From contig OY764159.1 of the NCBI GenBank assembly GCA_963668175.1, positions 1,408,001 through 1,472,000 on the forward strand: DNA of 64,000 nt. The letters are read 5' to 3'. The notes beneath the pieces are model-generated. The model had not been told where the DNA came from, searched no databases, and saw only the letters and a program-made list of their open reading frames with translations. The translations under genes were made by a program, and so were the position numbers. This stretch comes from Syntrophales bacterium. Lineage in GTDB: Bacteria; Desulfobacterota; Syntrophia; Syntrophales; PHBD01. The stretch's first letter is position 1; the number at the start of each line of letters is the position of its first letter. Below are positions 1 to 8,686 of this stretch, piece after piece.

Positions 1-676
1 GGCCAGAAACGGCGAAGGCGTGGCCGATCCCATGGCCCTTCTCACCGGCTGCAGCTCCATCTTCATGAGTATCAAGTGCGCTTTGGCGATTGCCTCCCGC
101 CTCGGGGAAAAGATGCCCGCCTGGGAGCAGGCCCTTGCGAGACTGGGAGAGGCGATAAGGAATAAGCCGAATCTCTTCAATATGATGAAAGCCCGTTATT
201 CGATGGATTGGTATTATCCCGTCCTCTGCGGGGCCGTGACGGGCGCCGAGGCGCGGAAGAGAATCGATAAATCATGGGACAAGTTCGTTGTTCCGGACTG
301 GGGGGTCCGCTGTGTCTCCGACCGGCCCTGGGTGACCGTGGCGGAGACCGCCGAACTGGTGATCGCCCTGACGGCCATCGGCGAGCACGAGCGGGCCAAG
401 GCCGTCTTCAGTTGGATCTGCGACAAGCGGTTCGACGACGGGGCCTTCTGGATGGGTGTTACTTTCCCGGACCGCGTCGTCTGGCCCGAAGAGAAGACGG
501 CCTGGACGGCGGCCGCGGTGCTTTTGGCCCATGACGCCCTTCACGGTCTGAGTCCCTCCGGACGGCTTTTTGCCCACGATATGTGGGACGGCCATGGATT
601 CAGGGAGGAGGAACCGGCCCGGGTGAAGCAGGTTGGTTCCTGTCCGCTTCCGGCGAATGAAACCTTAAGAGGTTAA
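1..676 (+). CDS. 5'-truncated (alpha/alpha)-barrel 'prenyltransferase-like' protein, probable MmpH-type glycan hydrolase
   Basis: Frame is open back to base 2 ([19 protein letters not shown]...). Motifs [38 protein letters not shown] and [16 protein letters not shown] match the family I recall being encoded next to MeT1/ManT in actinobacterial MMP clusters. Confidence 0.65.
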   Translation, partial: ARNGEGVADPMALLTGCSSIFMSIKCALAIASRLGEKMPAWEQALARLGEAIRNKPNLFNMMKARYSMDWYYPVLCGAVTGAEARKRIDKSWDKFVVPDWGVRCVSDRPWVTVAETAELVIALTAIGEHERAKAVFSWICDKRFDDGAFWMGVTFPDRVVWPEEKTAWTAAAVLLAHDALHGLSPSGRLFAHDMWDGHGFREEEPARVKQVGSCPLPANETLRG

Positions 677-680
677 AGCG

Positions 681-1403
681 TTGCTGCGAGACCACCGGCC
701 GTATATCCTCAAACGGATGGATATCCTGTTCCAACTGTGGTATGCCCGGCATTTCCTGCGGCCCGCCTTCGAATCCCTAGGCGAAGGGGCGCTCTTTATG
801 AAACCCTGGCACGTCGAGGTCTTTGGAGGGCCGATATCCCTGGGACGTTATGCCAACGTCATCGCCACACCCGACAAGAAGGTCCGCCTCACTGTCTGGT
901 CCGGCATGGACGAAAAAGGATCGATCGCCATCGGCGATTATGCCCTGATCTGTCCCGGCGTGAGGATTCTGGCGGCCCGTGAGATCAGGATAGGCGCCAG
1001 TTGCATGTTCGCCCAGGGGGCCCTGGTGACCGATTCGGACTGGCACGGCATTTACGACCGCGCCGTTTCTGTGGGACAAAGCGAACCGGTGGCCATCGGC
1101 GAGAATGTCTGGATCGGGGACAGCGCCATGGTGGGAAAGGGCGTGACGATAGGCGACAACAGCATCGTCGGAGCGGGGGCGGTTGTCGTCCGCGATGTAC
1201 CCGCGAATGTCGTTGTCGCCGGTAATCCCGCAACAGTGGTTAAGGAACTGGATGCTGCGCGCGAGATGAGAACGCGCGCCGACTGGTTCGCCGATCCCGA
1301 GCACCTGGCCGCCCAGTTCGCCGAAATCGACCGCCACACGATGAAAGGAAACACCTGGCTGGGCTGGCTGCGTTCCGTTTTCTTTCCCCGCCGGGGCGAT
1401 TGA
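681..1403 (+). CDS. Hexapeptide-repeat (left-handed beta-helix) O-acyltransferase
   Basis: Repeats [38 protein letters not shown] and DSDWH; TTG start 4 nt after the upstream stop. Confidence 0.85.
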   Translation: MLRDHRPYILKRMDILFQLWYARHFLRPAFESLGEGALFMKPWHVEVFGGPISLGRYANVIATPDKKVRLTVWSGMDEKGSIAIGDYALICPGVRILAAREIRIGASCMFAQGALVTDSDWHGIYDRAVSVGQSEPVAIGENVWIGDSAMVGKGVTIGDNSIVGAGAVVVRDVPANVVVAGNPATVVKELDAAREMRTRADWFADPEHLAAQFAEIDRHTMKGNTWLGWLRSVFFPRRGD

Positions 1404-1459
1404 GGGCATTCCGGGCGCAGACAGCCGCACGGGAACCATTTTCAAGGTTTTGACATTTT

Positions 1460-3043
1460 ATGAAAGTTGCAATCATCGCCCCGCCGTATCCTCTGACCGA
1501 GGCCCCGGCGCCGCCTCTCGGCGTTACATACGTCGCCGCCGCCTTCGAAGCGGCAGGCGCGGAGGTGCGGGTCTTCGATTATATCGTCGGTTGCTATACG
1601 CCGGAGCGTCTTGCCGCCGCCCTGGACGATTTCAAGCCCGATGTGGCGGGGGCAACCTCCGTGACCCTCAACTTCCCTGCGGCAGCCGCCATTATCAAGG
1701 CCGTCAAGGAGCACGATCCTTCCATCATTACGATGATGGGCGGTCCGCACGTTTCGTTCGACGCCCTGAACAGCCTGGAGACGTACCCGGAGATCGACAT
1801 CGTCGTCATGGGAGAAGGGGAGGCGACGATCGCCGAGCTTACGCCCCTGATCGGCGACCGCCGAGCCTGGCGCCGGGTCCGCGGCATCGCCTTCCGCGAC
1901 GGTGGCCAGATCACCATCAACGAGCCGCGAGACTGGATCGAAAACCTCGATTCGCTGCCCCTGCCCGCCCGCCATCTTCTTCCTCTATCAAAGTACCGGG
2001 CTCTGGGGTTTCCCATCAGCATCACGACCAGCCGCGGCTGCCCCTACGGATGCATCTTCTGCCAGGGACGGCGGATGGTGGGGAGCAAAATCAGGCTCCG
2101 GAGCGCATCCTCCGTTGTCGCCGAGATCGAAGACATCATGTCCTACGGCATCGACCGGATCAACGTAGCCGACGATCTCTTTGCCTCGAACAAGGAGAGA
2201 GTCCGGGAGATCTGCGAGGCGATCCGGGACAGGAAGCTCAAATTCGCCTGGAGCGCCTTCGCGCGCGTAAATACCGTCGACAAGGAGACGCTGCGGATGA
2301 TGCGGCGCGCCGGCTGCGACAGCGTGAGTTTCGGCGTGGAGTCGGGAAACCAGGAGATGCTCGACCGGATCAGGAAGGGCATCACCCTGGAGAAGGTCCG
2401 GAAGGCCGTCGATCTTTGCCGGGAGGTGGGTATGACGGTGCACACGTCTTTCATCGTGGGTCTTCCCGGAGAATCGCCGGCGACCCTCCAGGACACGAAG
2501 CGATTCGCCCGCAGCCTCGGGGCCCTTTACGGGTATCACTTCCTGACGCCGTTTCCGGGGACCACCGTCCGCGAGCGGATCGAGGACTACGACCTGGAAA
2601 TCCTGACCGACGACTGGACCCGCTACGACGCCAACAGCGCCATCGTCCGGACGTCGCAGCTCTCGCCGGGGGACATTGAACGGTTCGTTGCCGAATACGA
2701 CCGTGAGATCGACAAGGCATGGCAGAAGATGATCCAGGGGTACTATCGGAAAACAAATTACCCCCAGGACGACATGAAGGTGGAAGGCCATTTCCGGACC
2801 CAGCTCATTTTCCAGATCCTGTCGGAAGATTTGGTGGAGGCGTTCGGCACCTTTCCCATCGATGCCTTGGGCTACGAAACGGCCAACATGCTTGCCATCA
2901 GGATCGAAGAACACACGGCTGCCGAGCCGGCCCTGGTCCGCAAGGTCATTGCCGATTTTGTGCACAGGGGTTATATCAAGTCGGCCATATCCGGGGGGAA
3001 GGTGGTCTGGTCCTGGACGCGCAACAACCGCTGCGACCGCTAG
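1460..3043 (+). CDS. B12-binding radical SAM protein (class B methyltransferase-like)
   Basis: N-terminal cobalamin-binding domain (PPLGVTYVAA...GGPH...GEGE), radical SAM motif SRGCPYGCIFC, FGVESG, FIVGLPGE, TPFPGT. Confidence 0.9.
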   Translation: MKVAIIAPPYPLTEAPAPPLGVTYVAAAFEAAGAEVRVFDYIVGCYTPERLAAALDDFKPDVAGATSVTLNFPAAAAIIKAVKEHDPSIITMMGGPHVSFDALNSLETYPEIDIVVMGEGEATIAELTPLIGDRRAWRRVRGIAFRDGGQITINEPRDWIENLDSLPLPARHLLPLSKYRALGFPISITTSRGCPYGCIFCQGRRMVGSKIRLRSASSVVAEIEDIMSYGIDRINVADDLFASNKERVREICEAIRDRKLKFAWSAFARVNTVDKETLRMMRRAGCDSVSFGVESGNQEMLDRIRKGITLEKVRKAVDLCREVGMTVHTSFIVGLPGESPATLQDTKRFARSLGALYGYHFLTPFPGTTVRERIEDYDLEILTDDWTRYDANSAIVRTSQLSPGDIERFVAEYDREIDKAWQKMIQGYYRKTNYPQDDMKVEGHFRTQLIFQILSEDLVEAFGTFPIDALGYETANMLAIRIEEHTAAEPALVRKVIADFVHRGYIKSAISGGKVVWSWTRNNRCDR

Positions 3044-3705
3044 GGTTGGATGTCCCGCCAGCGCTTGCAGGCCGTGGCCGTCGGCTCTCCACCCGCCCTC
3101 TTCAATATCCCCAATGTGTTCACCATCGGCAGTTCCGTAAAGAGGCCCGAAGACAAAGCCATCTCATAGAGGCAGCGGGGGGCCTGTCCTCCCAGGGCGG
3201 GGTCGGGGAAAATATCGTGAATGACGAGGAACCCCCCGGGCATCAGGTGGGACACCCAGCATTGATAGTCCGTACAGGCGGCCTCCCAGGTGTGTCCGCC
3301 GTCGATGAAGAGAAGGCTGATGGGCGTTCGCCACGCCCTGGCTGCGACCTCCGAGGAGGAGACGATGGGCACGACGGTCTCTTCCAGATCAAGTCCGGCA
3401 AGGGTCTTGCGGAAGAAGCGGAATGTATCGACGGCGCCTGTTGCCGGATCGATCAGTTCCGGGTCGAAATAGGCCTGCCCCGGCTGCTGTTCTTCCGATC
3501 CCCGGTGGTGGTCGATCGAGAAGAGGATGCCGCCGTTTTGCTTGCAGCCCATGCCGAGATAGGCGGCGGAACGGCCGCAATAGCTTCCGATTTCGAGGCA
3601 CGGGCCCATGCGGCTCGCTTCCCGGGCCAATTCGAAAAGACGGACCACCTCCTCGTAAGCCATGAAGCCTTTCAGCGGCAGGGCGGCCAGTTCGGAAATG
3701 TCCAT
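3040..3705 (-). CDS. Class I SAM-dependent O-methyltransferase (Methyltransf_24), MeT1-like
   Basis: GFM, LEIGSYCGRS, IDHHRGSEEQQPG, LFIDGGH and IHDIFPDPALGGQAP closely follow mycobacterial MMP 1-O-methyltransferase MeT1 as I recall it. ATG at 3705 has a GGAGG RBS; overlaps the radical SAM gene tail-to-tail by 4 nt. Confidence 0.85.
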   Translation of the reverse strand: MDISELAALPLKGFMAYEEVVRLFELAREASRMGPCLEIGSYCGRSAAYLGMGCKQNGGILFSIDHHRGSEEQQPGQAYFDPELIDPATGAVDTFRFFRKTLAGLDLEETVVPIVSSSEVAARAWRTPISLLFIDGGHTWEAACTDYQCWVSHLMPGGFLVIHDIFPDPALGGQAPRCLYEMALSSGLFTELPMVNTLGILKRAGGEPTATACKRWRDIQP

Positions 3706-3978
3706 TCGAGATGCCTCCATGCAGACGGGAAGATGATCTGTCGGTCCGATATCCCTGCTATTGCGGGCGGCAAATCGGTTGTATATCGTCCATGGACTGC
3801 GGCCGGCGCTTTTCGGCAAGATCTTGGGCGGCAGCGGCATTCTACATAGCATGCCGCAGAGATTCAGACCAGCGGTATCGCACCGTCATGTCCGGACCTT
3901 CATCGCGATCTTGTCCAATATCCTATAATCCTTACCAATCTCCCTGCCATGAAAATAATACGGTTTTTCCCTTGCGAA

Positions 3979-4025
3979 TAACCATATGTGGTGGTATTGT
4001 CCATTCCTGCCCCAATATCTTGGGG
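3979..4025 (+). promoter_or_regulatory. Tandem NrdR boxes
   Basis: taaCcAtATgTgGtgg (3979-3994) and cccCaAtATcTtGggg (4010-4025) fit the consensus acaCwAtATaTwGtgt; 31-bp start-to-start spacing, directly upstream of nrdD. Confidence 0.8.
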
Positions 4026-4074
4026 TTCCGGTTTAATATATTCTTTATACTTCTCTTAAAACTGGGGGCATTTT

Positions 4075-6168
4075 ATGTACGGCAAGGTCAAGAAGAGGGA
4101 TGGTCGTCTGGTTCAGTTCGATGCGGAAAAAATCACCAATGCTATTGAAAAAGCGGGTGCCGCCACCGGAGAATTCGATACCAAGGCGGCCCGCAGGCTG
4201 ACCATCCGCGTTCTCAATCTCGCCGAAAAGCTTTTTGACAGCAAACTCATGACCGTCGAGGAGATTCAGGACATCGTCGAAGAGGTGCTCCTTTCATCCG
4301 TTTACCGAAAGACGGCCAAGGCCTATATCATTTACCGCGATCAGCACGCCCGGCTCCGGGAAATCGCCCAGAAGATGGAAGTCGATCTCGTCGACCAGTA
4401 CCTGAAAAAACTGGACTGGAAGATCAACGAGAACAGCAATATGGATTATTCCCTCCAGGGCCTCAACAACTACATCTCCTCCGAGGTCAGCAAGGTCTAC
4501 TGGCTCAACGAAATCTACGCCCCGGAGGTCCGTAAGGCCCACACTGACGGCGATTTCCATATCCACGATTTGAGTCTGCTCTCCGTTTACTGCGTCGGCT
4601 GGGACCTTTACGACCTCCTCCTGGAAGGCTTTAAAGGGGTGTCGGGCAAGGTGGAGAGCCGGCCGGCCAACCATCTTCGGAGCGCCCTCGGGCAGATCGT
4701 CAATTTTTTCTACACCCTCCAGGGCGAGGCCGCGGGCGCCCAGGCGTTTTCCAACTTCGATACGCTGCTCGCCCCCTTCATCCGTTACGACGGCCTGAAA
4801 TACCAGGAGATCAAGCAGGCCCTCCAGGAATTCATCTTCAATATCAACGTCCCGACGCGGGTCGGCTTTCAGACGCCTTTCACCAACGTGACGCTCGATG
4901 TCACGGTTCCCAGGTACTACGCCGACCAGAACGTGATCATCGGCGGCAAGCCTCAGGGCGAGACGTACCGCGAATTCCAGGCGGAGATGGACCTCTTCAA
5001 CAAGGCCTTCCTGGAAGTGATGGCCGAAGGGGACGCCAAGGGACGGGTCTTCACCTTTCCCATCCCGACCTACAACATCACGAAGGATTTCTGCTGGGAC
5101 GATCCCAAGCTCGAAGGCCTCTGGGAGATGACGGCCAAGTACGGCGTTCCCTACTTTTCCAATTTCGTCAACTCCGACATGCATCCCGAGGACGCCCGCA
5201 GCATGTGCTGCCGGCTCCGGATCGACAACCGGGAGCTGGAAAAGAGGGGAGGGGGGCTCTTCGGGTCCAATCCCCTGACCGGTTCCATCGGCGTTATCAC
5301 GATCAACATGCCCCGGATCGGTTATCTGTCGAAGAGTGAGGACGATTTCGTAAAAAGGCTGGAGAAACTGATGCTCGTCGCCCGTGAAAGCCTGGAGACG
5401 AAGCGGAAGGTGCTGGAAAGTTTCACGGAAGGGAATCTCTACCCCTATACAAAATACTATCTCCGCAATATCCGGGAGCGTTTCGGCGAATACTGGAAGA
5501 ACCATTTCTCCACCATCGGTCTCGTCGGTATGAACGAGGCCTGCCTTAACCTTCTCGACAAGAGCATCGGTTCGCCGGAGGGACAGGCCTTCGCCCGGAG
5601 GATCCTCGATTTCATGCGGGCGAAGCTCATCGAGTTCCAGGAGGATACAGGCAACAATTACAACCTGGAATCGACGCCCGCCGAAGGCGCGTCCTACCGC
5701 CTGGCGAAAATGGACAAGGAGAAATACCCCGACATCGTCTGCGCCAATGAAAGCGGATTCCGCGAGAAGGCCGCCGAGCCGTTTTACACCAATTCCACGC
5801 AGCTGCCCGTCAACTTCACGGACGATATCTTCGCCGCCCTGGACCTTCAGGACGAGATTCAGATCAAGTATACGGGCGGCACGGTCTTCCACGCCTTCGC
5901 CGGGGAGAGGATCAGCGATCCCGCCGCGGTCAAGAAACTGGTCCGGAAAATCTGCATGAATTACCGCCTGCCCTATCTCACCTTCACGCCGACGTTCAGC
6001 GTTTGCCCGTCTCACGGGTATCTGCCCGGAGAAAACGAGACATGCCCGACCTGTCGGGAAGCGTGCGAGGTCTATTCACGCGTGGTGGGTTACCTGCGGC
6101 CCGTAAAGCAATGGAACAAGGGCAAGCAGGTCGAATTCAATATGCGGAAGGTTTATCAGATCGGATAA
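4075..6168 (+). CDS. nrdD: Anaerobic (class III) ribonucleoside-triphosphate reductase
   Basis: N-terminal ATP cone (VKKRDGR...), HIHDL, YC, finger loop RSMCCRL, Zn ribbon CPSHG...CPTC, glycyl-radical motif YSRVVGYLRPV. Confidence 0.97.
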   Translation: MYGKVKKRDGRLVQFDAEKITNAIEKAGAATGEFDTKAARRLTIRVLNLAEKLFDSKLMTVEEIQDIVEEVLLSSVYRKTAKAYIIYRDQHARLREIAQKMEVDLVDQYLKKLDWKINENSNMDYSLQGLNNYISSEVSKVYWLNEIYAPEVRKAHTDGDFHIHDLSLLSVYCVGWDLYDLLLEGFKGVSGKVESRPANHLRSALGQIVNFFYTLQGEAAGAQAFSNFDTLLAPFIRYDGLKYQEIKQALQEFIFNINVPTRVGFQTPFTNVTLDVTVPRYYADQNVIIGGKPQGETYREFQAEMDLFNKAFLEVMAEGDAKGRVFTFPIPTYNITKDFCWDDPKLEGLWEMTAKYGVPYFSNFVNSDMHPEDARSMCCRLRIDNRELEKRGGGLFGSNPLTGSIGVITINMPRIGYLSKSEDDFVKRLEKLMLVARESLETKRKVLESFTEGNLYPYTKYYLRNIRERFGEYWKNHFSTIGLVGMNEACLNLLDKSIGSPEGQAFARRILDFMRAKLIEFQEDTGNNYNLESTPAEGASYRLAKMDKEKYPDIVCANESGFREKAAEPFYTNSTQLPVNFTDDIFAALDLQDEIQIKYTGGTVFHAFAGERISDPAAVKKLVRKICMNYRLPYLTFTPTFSVCPSHGYLPGENETCPTCREACEVYSRVVGYLRPVKQWNKGKQVEFNMRKVYQIG

Positions 6169-6857
6169 TGAGAATCGGAGGCTGGCACAAGGTATCCTTG
6201 ATCGACTACCCAGGGGAGATCTGCGCGACGGTCTTTCTCCAGGGGTGCAACTTCCGTTGTCCCTACTGTCACAACCCGGAGCTTGTCGATCCCGATCGCA
6301 TCGGCGGCAGCCAGCCGGTGGACGATTTCCTGGAATATCTGGAAAGCCGCCGCGGCAAGCTGGATGCCGTCACGGTGAGCGGCGGCGAGCCGACGCTCCA
6401 GCCGGACCTTCCGGCCTTCATCAAAGAAATCCGCGCGCTGGGTTTCAAAATCAAGCTCGACACCAACGGTTCCCGCCCTGCCGTTCTCGACGGCCTGATC
6501 CGTGATCGCATCGTCGATTACATCGCCATGGACATCAAGGGTCCCTTGTCCAGGTACCGGCAGATTACGGGTTCGGATGTGGCGCCGGAGGTGATCGAGC
6601 GCAGCATCGACCTCGTCAAGACCTCCGGTGTCGCCTACGAGTTCCGCACCACGGCGGTCAAATCCCTGCTGGCACCGGCCGAGATGGACGCTATCGGAAA
6701 GTCGCTTGAAAAAGCCGACCGGTATGTGTTAAACAGATTCGTCGCGGCACAGATGCTCGATCATGCCTATTGCCGGGAAGAGTCGTATTCGGAAAGTGAC
6801 TTTCAGGCCGTAGTGCCGGTCCTGAAAAAATACGTTTCGCAGGTGCTCTTCCGTTAG
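6168..6857 (+). CDS. nrdG: Anaerobic RNR activating enzyme (radical SAM)
   Basis: MRIGGWHKVSLIDYPG, GCNFRCPYCHN, SGGEPT, KLDTNG; ATG overlaps the nrdD TAA (TAATG). Confidence 0.95.
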   Translation: MRIGGWHKVSLIDYPGEICATVFLQGCNFRCPYCHNPELVDPDRIGGSQPVDDFLEYLESRRGKLDAVTVSGGEPTLQPDLPAFIKEIRALGFKIKLDTNGSRPAVLDGLIRDRIVDYIAMDIKGPLSRYRQITGSDVAPEVIERSIDLVKTSGVAYEFRTTAVKSLLAPAEMDAIGKSLEKADRYVLNRFVAAQMLDHAYCREESYSESDFQAVVPVLKKYVSQVLFR

Positions 6858-6886
6858 CATGTCTTAAATCCATTGAACGGAGCCTT

Positions 6887-8587
6887 ATGAGCCCTGTCAA
6901 CGACCATGACCAGCCTGGAATCCCGGTCCCGGAAGACGGACTCAAATATCAGTTCACGGAAAACCACCGGGTCAACGCCCTCCTTAACAAGATGGTCGAA
7001 CAGGTCCAGGCCTTCACGGAAGTCCAGCTGGACCATATCCGGCGCCTGACGCAGATCGGGGCCGCCCTGTCGGCGGAACGAAACATCGAGCGCCTCCTTG
7101 AGATCATCATCGACGAAGCCCGTAAATTCTCAAATGCCGACGGCGGCACCCTGTACATCATGTCCGACGACGGGGACTCTCTCCATTTCGCCATTGTACA
7201 GAACGAATCCCTGAATATCCGTATGGGGGGCACCGGGGGCAGGATTACCTGGGAGCCCGTCGAACTCAAGAACCCCGGCGGGACGCCGAATTACGCCCAG
7301 GTATCGGCCTTCGCCGCCCTGAGCGGAGAAGTCGTCAATATCCCCGATGTCTATAATGCCGAGGGATTCAATTTCGAAGGGACCAAGAAGTTCGACAGCC
7401 ATACGGGGTACCGCTCCCGTTCGATGCTCGTCGTGCCGATGCGGAACCACGAGAACGACATCATCGGGGTCCTGCAACTTCTAAATGCCCGGGACGCGCA
7501 GACGGGAGCCGTCGTCAACTTCTCCTTCGAATCGCAGAGGATGACCGAGTCCCTCGCTTCGCAGGCGGCCGTATCCCTGACCAACCAGCGCCTCATCCTT
7601 GACCTCGAAAACCTGCTCGAATCCTTCATCCGCTCCATCGGTTCCGCCGTGGACGAGAAATCGCCCTATACGGGAGGCCATATCCGGCGCGTCGCCGAGC
7701 TGACCGTCGAGATCGCCCGGAAGGTGAATGAATCCAAGGAGGGGCCCCTGGCCGACGCATTTTTCCGGCAGGACGAGCTCAGGGAATTGAGGATGGCCGC
7801 CTGGCTCCACGATGTGGGGAAGATCGTCACCCCCGAATACGTCATCGACAAATCCACCAAGCTGGAGACGATCTTCGACCGGATCGAGATCCTGAAGACC
7901 CGTTTCGAGGTTTTAAAGCGCGACTACATTATCGAGAAGCTGAAGCGGGGCGAAAAAGTGGATACGTCGGCCGCCTCGTTCTCCGAAGGGGCCGACGGCG
8001 ATCGCCTGAAACAGTTGGAAGAAGATTTGGCCTTTCTCGAAGAGGTCAACCTGGGGACCGAGTTCATGGCCGACGGCAAGCTCGAACGCCTGCAGAAGAT
8101 CGCCGGACGGCGCTGGTCGTGCAGCGGCGACGCGAGGCCTCTTTTAACCGAAGATGAAATCAAGAACCTGAGCATCCGCCGGGGAACCCTGACCGACGAG
8201 GAGCGGGAGATCATCAACAACCACGCCCTGGTGACCATGAAGATGCTGTCCCAGCTGCCCTTTCCCCGCAAACTGAAAAACGTTCCCATCTATGCGGCCA
8301 CCCACCACGAGAAACTGGACGGATCGGGCTATCCCTGGGGATGGAAGGCCGATCAACTGGCGCTCCAGTCGCGCATCCTCGCGCTGGCCGATGTCTTTGA
8401 GGCGCTGACGGCCAGGGACCGTCCCTACAAGCAGGGCAAGACCCTCTCGGAAGTCATCAAGATCATGCAATTCATGGTGAAAGACGGCCATATCGACGGC
8501 AATCTTTTCGATCTTTTCATCAGGGAGCGTCTCCACATCGAATATGCAAAAAGGGAGCTCCCCCCCCGGCAGGCGGACATGGAATAG
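6887..8587 (+). CDS. GAF + HD-GYP phosphodiesterase (with insertion in the HD domain)
   Basis: GAF (TGYRSRSMLVVPM...IIGVLQLLNA), YTGGHIRRVA, WLHDVGK, HHEKLDGSGYP, LADVFEALTARDRPYK. Confidence 0.9.
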   Translation: MSPVNDHDQPGIPVPEDGLKYQFTENHRVNALLNKMVEQVQAFTEVQLDHIRRLTQIGAALSAERNIERLLEIIIDEARKFSNADGGTLYIMSDDGDSLHFAIVQNESLNIRMGGTGGRITWEPVELKNPGGTPNYAQVSAFAALSGEVVNIPDVYNAEGFNFEGTKKFDSHTGYRSRSMLVVPMRNHENDIIGVLQLLNARDAQTGAVVNFSFESQRMTESLASQAAVSLTNQRLILDLENLLESFIRSIGSAVDEKSPYTGGHIRRVAELTVEIARKVNESKEGPLADAFFRQDELRELRMAAWLHDVGKIVTPEYVIDKSTKLETIFDRIEILKTRFEVLKRDYIIEKLKRGEKVDTSAASFSEGADGDRLKQLEEDLAFLEEVNLGTEFMADGKLERLQKIAGRRWSCSGDARPLLTEDEIKNLSIRRGTLTDEEREIINNHALVTMKMLSQLPFPRKLKNVPIYAATHHEKLDGSGYPWGWKADQLALQSRILALADVFEALTARDRPYKQGKTLSEVIKIMQFMVKDGHIDGNLFDLFIRERLHIEYAKRELPPRQADME

Positions 8588-8626
8588 CGGCGTTCGGCCA
8601 GTCATAATTCAAGCAGACAGACAAAG

Positions 8627-8660
8627 AAAAGGGAGGATACGGTAACGCATCCTCCCTTTT
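8627..8660. terminator. Bidirectional intrinsic terminator
   Basis: AAAAGGGAGGAT-N10-ATCCTCCCTTTT between convergent HD-GYP and cstA genes. Confidence 0.85.
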
Positions 8661-8686
8661 GTTATTGGTTCGTTCTTAAACGCCTC

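Noticed and set aside
4294..6015. 573-aa ORF antisense to nrdD (likewise 33736-35544, 50504-52372, 16707-18209, 18504-20096, 62236-63609)
   Set aside because: Each is fully opposite a clearly identified gene and has no recognisable domain or RBS.
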